Of a stretch of 64,000 nt of DNA, positions 58,801 to 64,000 are shown in pieces. The position numbers were made by a program, and so were the translations under genes. The notes beneath the pieces were generated by a model. The model saw nothing but the letters and a program-made list of their open reading frames with translations. It was not told where the DNA came from and ran no database searches. How positions within the stretch are numbered: the stretch's first letter is position 1; each line of letters starts with the position of its first letter. Origin of the DNA: Eledone cirrhosa (taxonomy: Eukaryota); assembly GCA_964016885.1 (NCBI GenBank), contig OZ024744.1, positions 127,286,001 to 127,350,000 on the forward strand, read 5' to 3'.

Positions 58801-61800
58801 TTAAGTTGGGCTTAACTTAAGTTGGGGTTAAGTTAAGTTGGGGTTAAGTTAAGTTGGGGGTAAGTTAAGTTGGGGGCAAGTTAAGTTGGGGTTAATTTAA
58901 GTTGGGGTTAAGTTAAGTTGGGGTTATGTTAAGTTGGGGTTAAGTTAAGTTGGGGTTAAGTTAAGTTGGGGGTAACTTAAGTTGGGGTTAAGTTAAGTTG
59001 GGGTTAAGTTAAGTTGAGGGTAAGTTAAGTTGAGGGTAAGTTAAGTTGAGGTTAAGTTAAGTTGGGGTTAAGTTAAGTTGGGGGTAAGTTAAGTTGGGGG
59101 TAAGTTAAGTTGGGGTTAAATTAAGTTGAGGTTAAGTTAATTTGGGGTTAAGTTGGGGTTAAGTTAAGTTGGGGGTAAGATAAGTTGGGGCTAAGTTAAG
59201 TTGGGGCTAAGTCAAGTTGGGGTTAAGTCAAGTTGAGGTTAACTTAAGTTGGGGTTAAGTTAAGTTGGGGTTAAGTTAAGTTGGGGCTAAGTTAAGTTGG
59301 GGCTAAGTTAAGTTGGGGCTGAGTTAAGTTGGGGTTAAGTTAAGTTGGGGTTAAGTTAAGTTAGAGTTAATTTCAGTTGGGGTTATGTTAAGTTGGGGTT
59401 AAGTTAAAGTTGGGGTTAAGTTAAGTTGGGGTAAACTTAAGTTAGGGTTAAGTTAAGTTGGGGTTAAGTTAAGTTGGGCTTAAATTAAGTTGGGGTTAAG
59501 TTAAGTTGGGGTTAAGTTAAGTTGGGGTTAAATTAAGTTGGGGTTCAGTTAAGTTGGGGTTAAATTAAGTTGGGGTTAAGTTGGGGTTAGTTAAGTTGGG
59601 GTTAAGTTAAGTTGGGGTTAAGTTAAGTTGGGGTTAAGTTAAGTTGGGGTTAAGTTAAGTTGGGGTTAAGTTAAGTTGGGGTTAAGTTAAGTTGGGGTTA
59701 AATTAAGTTGGGGTTCAGTTAAGTTGGGGTTAAGTTAAGTTGGGGTTAAGTTAAGTTGGGGTTAGTTAAGTTGGGGTTAAGTTAAGTTGGGGTTAAGTTA
59801 AGTTGGGGTTAAGTTAAGTTGGGGTTAAGTTAAGTTGGCGTTAAGTTAAGTTGGGGTTAAGTTAAGTTGGGGTTAATTTAAGTTGGGGTTAAGATAAGGT
59901 GTGGTTAAGTTAAGTTGGGGGTAAGTTAAGTTGGGTGTAAGTTAAGTTGGGGTTAAGTTAAGTTGGGGTTCAGTTCAGTTGGGGTTAAGTTAAGTTGGGG
60001 TTAAGTTAAGCTGGGGGTAAGTTAAGTTGGGGTTAAGTTAAGTTGGGGTTAAGTTAAGTTGGGGTTAAGTTAAGTTGGGGTTAAGTTAAGTTGGGGTTAA
60101 GTTAAGTTGGAGTTAAGTTAAGTTGGGGTTAAGCTAAGTTGGGGTTCAGTTAAGTTGGGGTTAAGTTAATTTGGGGCTGAGTTAAGTGGGGTTAAGTTAA
60201 GTTCGGGTTGAGTTAAGTTGGGGTTAAGTTAAGTTGGGGTTAAGTTAAGTTGGGGTTAAGTTAAGTTGGGGTTAAGATAAGTTGGGGTTAAGTTAAGTTG
60301 GGGTTAATTTAAGTTGGGGTTGAGGTAATTTGGGTTTAAGTTAAGTTGGGCTTAACTTAAGTTGGGGTTAAGTTGGGGTTAAGTTAAGTTGGGGTTAAGT
60401 TAAGTTGGGGGTAAGTTAAGTTGGGGGCAAGTTAAGTTGGGGTTAATTTAAGTTGGGGTTAAGTTAAGTTGGGGTTATGTTAAGTTGGGGTTATGTTAAG
60501 TTGGGGTTAAGTTAAGTTGGGGTTAAGTTAAGTTGGGGGTAAGTTAAGTTGATGGTAAGTTAAGTTGGGGTTAAGTTAAGTTGGGGGTAAGATAAGTTGG
60601 GGCTAAGTTAAGTTGGGCTTAACTTAAGTTGGGGTTAAGTTGGGGTTAATTTAAGTTGGGGTTAAGTTAAGTTGGGGTTAAGGTAAGTTGGGGTTAAGTT
60701 AAGTTGGGGCTAAGTTAAGTTGGGGCTAAGTTAAGTTGGGGCTGAGTTAAGTTGGGGTTAAGTTGGGGTTGAGTTAAGTTGGGGTTAAGTTAAGTTGGGG
60801 TTAACTTAAGTTGGGGTTAAGTTAAGATGGGGTTAAGTTAAGTTGGGGGTAAGTTAAGTTGGGGGCAAGTTGAGTTGGGGTTAAGTTAAGTTGGGGTTAA
60901 GTTAAGGTGGGGGTAAGTTAAGTTGGGGGTAAGTTAAGTTGGCGTTAAGTTAAGTTGGGGTTAAGTTAAGTTGGGTTTAAGTTAAGTTGGGGCTAAGTTA
61001 AGTTGGGGCTAAGTTAAGTTGGGGCTGAGTTAAGTTGGGGTTGAGTTAAGTTGGGGTTAACTTAAGTTGGGGTTAAGTTGGGGTTAAGTTAAGTTGGGGG
61101 TTAGTTAAGTTGGGGGCAAGTTAAGTTGGGGTTAAGTTAAGTTGGGGTTAAGTTAAGTTGGGGGTAAGTTAAGTTGGGGTTAAGTTAAGTTGGGGTTAAG
61201 TTAAGTTGGGGTTAAGTTAAGTTGGGGTTAAGTTAAGTTGGGGGTAAGTTAAGTTGGGGTTAAGTTAAGTTGGGGTTAAGTTAAGTTGGGGTTAAGTTAA
61301 GTTGGGGGTAAGATAAGTTGGGGCTAAGTTAAGTTGGGGCTAAGTCAAGTTGGGGTTAAGTCAAGTTGAGGTTAACTTAAGTTGGGGTTAAGTTAAGTTG
61401 GGGTTAAGTTAAGTTGGGGTTAAGGTAAGTTGGGGTTAAGTTAAGTTGGGGCTAAGTTAAGTTGGGGCTAAGTTAAGTTGGGGCTGAGTTAAGTTGGGGT
61501 TAAGTTGGGGTTGAGTTAATTTGGGGTTAAGTTAAGTTGGGATTAAGTTAAGTTGGGGTTAAGTTAAGTTCGGGTTGAGTTAAGTTGGGGTTAAGTTAAG
61601 TTGGGGTTAATTTAAGTTGAGGTTAAGTTAAGTTGGGGTTAAGATAAGTTGGGGTTAAGTTAAGTTGGGGTTAAGTTAAGTTGGGGTTGAGTTAATTTGG
61701 GGTTAAGTTAAGTTGGGGTTAACTTAAGTTTGGGTTAAGTTAAGTTGGGGTTAAGTTAAGTTGGGGGTAAGTTAAGTTGGGTGCAAGTTGAGTTGGGGTT

Positions 61801-62309
61801 AAGTTAAGTTGGGGTTAAGTTAAGGTGGGGGTAAGTTAAGTTGGGGGTAAGTTAAGTTGGGGTTAAGTTAAGTTGGGGTTAAGTTAAGTTGGGTTTAAGT
61901 TAAGTTGGGGCTAAGTTAAGTTGGGGCTAAGTTAAGTTGGGGCTGAGTTAAGTTGGGGTTAACTTAAGTTGGGGTTAAGTTGGGGTTAAGTTAAGTTGGG
62001 GTTAAATTAAGTTGGGGGTTAGTTAAGTTGGGGCAAGTTAAGTTGGGGTTAATTTAAGTTGGGGTTAAGTTAAGTTGGGGTTAAATTAAGTTGGGGTTAA
62101 GTTAAGTTGGGGTTGAGGTAAGTTGGGGTTATGTTAAGTTGGGGCTAAGTTAAGTTGGGGCTAAGTTAAGTTGGGGCTGAGTTAAGTTGGGGTTAAGTTA
62201 AGTTGGGGTTGAGTTAAGTTGGGGTTAAGTTAAGTTGGGATTAAGTTAAGTTGGGGTTAAGTTAAGTTCGGCTTGAGTTAAGTTGGGGTTAAGTTAAGTT
62301 GGGGTTAAT

Positions 62310-64000
62310 TTAAGTTGGGGTTAAGTTAAGTTGGGGTTAAGATAAGTTGGGGTTAAGTTAAGTTGGGGTTAAGTTACGTTTGGGTTGAGTTAATTTGGGG
62401 TTAAGTTAAGTTGGGGTTAACTTAAGTTGGGGTTAAGTTGGGGTTAAGTTAAGTTGGGGGTAGGTTAAGTTGGGGTTAAGTTAAGTTGGGGGTGAGTTAA
62501 GTCGGGGTTAAGTTAAGTTGGGGGTAAGTTAAGTCGGGGTTAAGTTAAGTTGGGGTTAAGTTAAGTTGGGGGTAAGTTAAGTCGGGGTTAAGTTAAGTTG
62601 GGGTTAAGTTAAGTTGGGGTTAAGTTAAGTTGGGGCTAAGTTAAGTTGGGGCTAAGTTAAGTTGGGGCTGAGTTAAGTTGGGGGTAAGTTAAGTTGGGTG
62701 TAAGTTAAGTTGGGGTTAAGTTAAGTTGGGGTTCAGTTCAGTTGGGGTTAAGTTAAGTTGGGGTTAAGTTAAGCTGGGGTTAAGTTAAGTTGGGGTTAAG
62801 TTAAGTTGGGGTTAAGTTAAGTTGGGGTTAAGTTAAGTTGGGGTTGAGTTAAGTTGGGGTTGAGTTAAGTTGGGGTTAAGTTAAGTTGGGGTTAAGTTAA
62901 GTTGGGGTTAAGTTAAGTTGGGGTTAAGTTAAGTTGGGGTTAAGTTAAGTTGGGGGTAAGTTAAGTTGGGGGCAAGTTAAGTTGGGGTTAAGTTAAGTTG
63001 GGGTTAAGTTAAGTTGGGGTTAAGTTAAGTTAGGGTTAATTTCAGTTGGGGTTATGTTAAGTTGGCGTTAGGTTAAGTTGGGGTTAAGTTAAAGTTGGGG
63101 TTAAGTTAAGTTGGGGTAAAGTTAAGTTAGGGTTAAATTAAGTTGGGGTTCAGTTAAGTTGGGGTTAAATTAAGTTGGGGTTAAGTTAAGTTGGGGTTAG
63201 TTAAGTTGGGGTTAAGTTAAGTTGGGGTTAAATTAAGTTGGGGTTAAGTTAAGTTGGGGTTAAGTTAAGTTGGGGTTAAGTTAAGTTGGCGTTAAGTTAA
63301 GTTGGGGTTAAGTTAAGTTGGGGTTAAGTTAAGTTGGGGTTAAGTTAAGTTGGGGTTAAGTTAAGTTGGGGTTAAGTTAAGTTGGAGTTAAGTCAAGTTG
63401 GGGTTAAGTCAAGTTGGGGTTAAGTCAAGTTGGGGGTAAGTTAAGTTGGGGTTAAGTTAAGTTGGGGTTAAGATAAGTTGGGGTTAAGTTAAGTTGGGGT
63501 TAAGTTAAGTTTGGGTTGAGTTAATTTGGGGTTAAGTTAAGTTGGGGTTAACTTAAGTTGGGGTTAAGTTGGGATTAAGTTAAGTTGGGGGTAGGTTAAG
63601 TTGGGGTTAAGTTAAGTTGGGGGTAAGTTAAGTCGGGGTTAAGTTAAGTTGGGGGTAAGTTAAGTCGGGGTTAAGTTAAGTTGGGGTTAAGTTAAGTTGG
63701 GGTTAAGTTAAGTTGGGGGTAAGTTAAGTCGGGGTTAAGTTAAGTTGGGGTTAAGTTAAGTTGGGTTTAAGTTAAGTTGGGGCTAAGTTAAGTTGGGGCT
63801 AAGTTAAGTTGGGGCTGAGTTAAGTTGGGGGTAAGTTAAGTTGGGTGTAAGTTAAGTTGGGGTTAAGTTAAGTTGGGGTTCAGTTCAGTTGGGGTTAAGT
63901 TAAGTTGGGGTTAAGTTAAGCTGGGGTTAAGTTAAGTTGGGGTTAAGTTAAGTTGGGGTTAAGTTAAGTTGGGGTTAAGTTAAGTTGGGGTTGAGTTAAG
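62310..64000 (+). repeat. Local duplication, offset ~1,131 bp (~62310-62870 matches ~63440-64000, truncated by the window edge)
   Basis: GATAAG at 62341 and 63472 is followed in both places by TTTGGGTTGAG, GGTAGG, three GTCGGGG, GCTAAG/GCTAAG/GCTGAG and TTCAGTTCAG in the same order. Confidence 0.75.

Larger units (their letters stand above)
1..64000 (+). repeat. Tandem satellite array of 16-bp monomer TTAAGTTAAGTTGGGG (~4,000 copies), G-rich strand on +, running off both window edges
   Basis: Read directly: positions 1-16 GTTAAGTTAAGTTGGG repeat head-to-tail to the last base, with only point variants and small indels (11-, 15-, 17- and 18-bp monomers). No orientation switch seen. Consensus composition is 6 G, 6 T, 4 A, 0 C. 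Confidence 0.99.

Noticed and set aside
1-64000. Protein-coding region (repetitive protein)
   Set aside because: Each consensus monomer has two TAA triplets on each strand (TTAA is palindromic), and the 16-bp period rotates the frame, so all six frames are closed within a few monomers.
1-64000. CRISPR array
   Set aside because: Repeats are contiguous 16-mers with no unique spacers, leader or cas genes.
1-64000. Variant pattern as an encoded message, or a purely low-complexity sequencing artefact
   Set aside because: The variants follow nested descent with shared and private mutations, which ordinary satellite evolution explains. Random sequencing error would not reproduce kb-long variant haplotypes, although individual duplications still need read validation.
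1-64000. Assignment to a specific organism or to a centromere
   Set aside because: There is no flanking unique sequence. Similarity to hymenopteran or ciliate telomere motifs involves only 5-11 bp and is insufficient.

Overview
The whole 64,000-bp window is one uninterrupted, head-to-tail tandem array of a 16-bp G-rich monomer, consensus TTAAGTTAAGTTGGGG (reverse complement CCCCAACTTAACTTAA), about 4,000 copies. I saw no unique sequence, gene, RNA gene, transposon or CRISPR spacer, and TAA stops recur in all six frames. The monomer is built as TTAAG + TTAAG + TTGGGG and resembles telomeric motifs, but the organism and chromosomal position cannot be determined from the sequence. The information in the window lies in rare variant monomers, which act as barcodes. 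Tracked by eye, they reveal a ~3.6-4.0 kb higher-order period and nested tandem duplications with offsets of about 2,524, 11,500, 8,125, 9,974, 7,985, 3,650-3,740 and 1,131 bp; two of these can be ordered in time. Offsets were read manually from marker positions, and junction coordinates are approximate (a few monomers).
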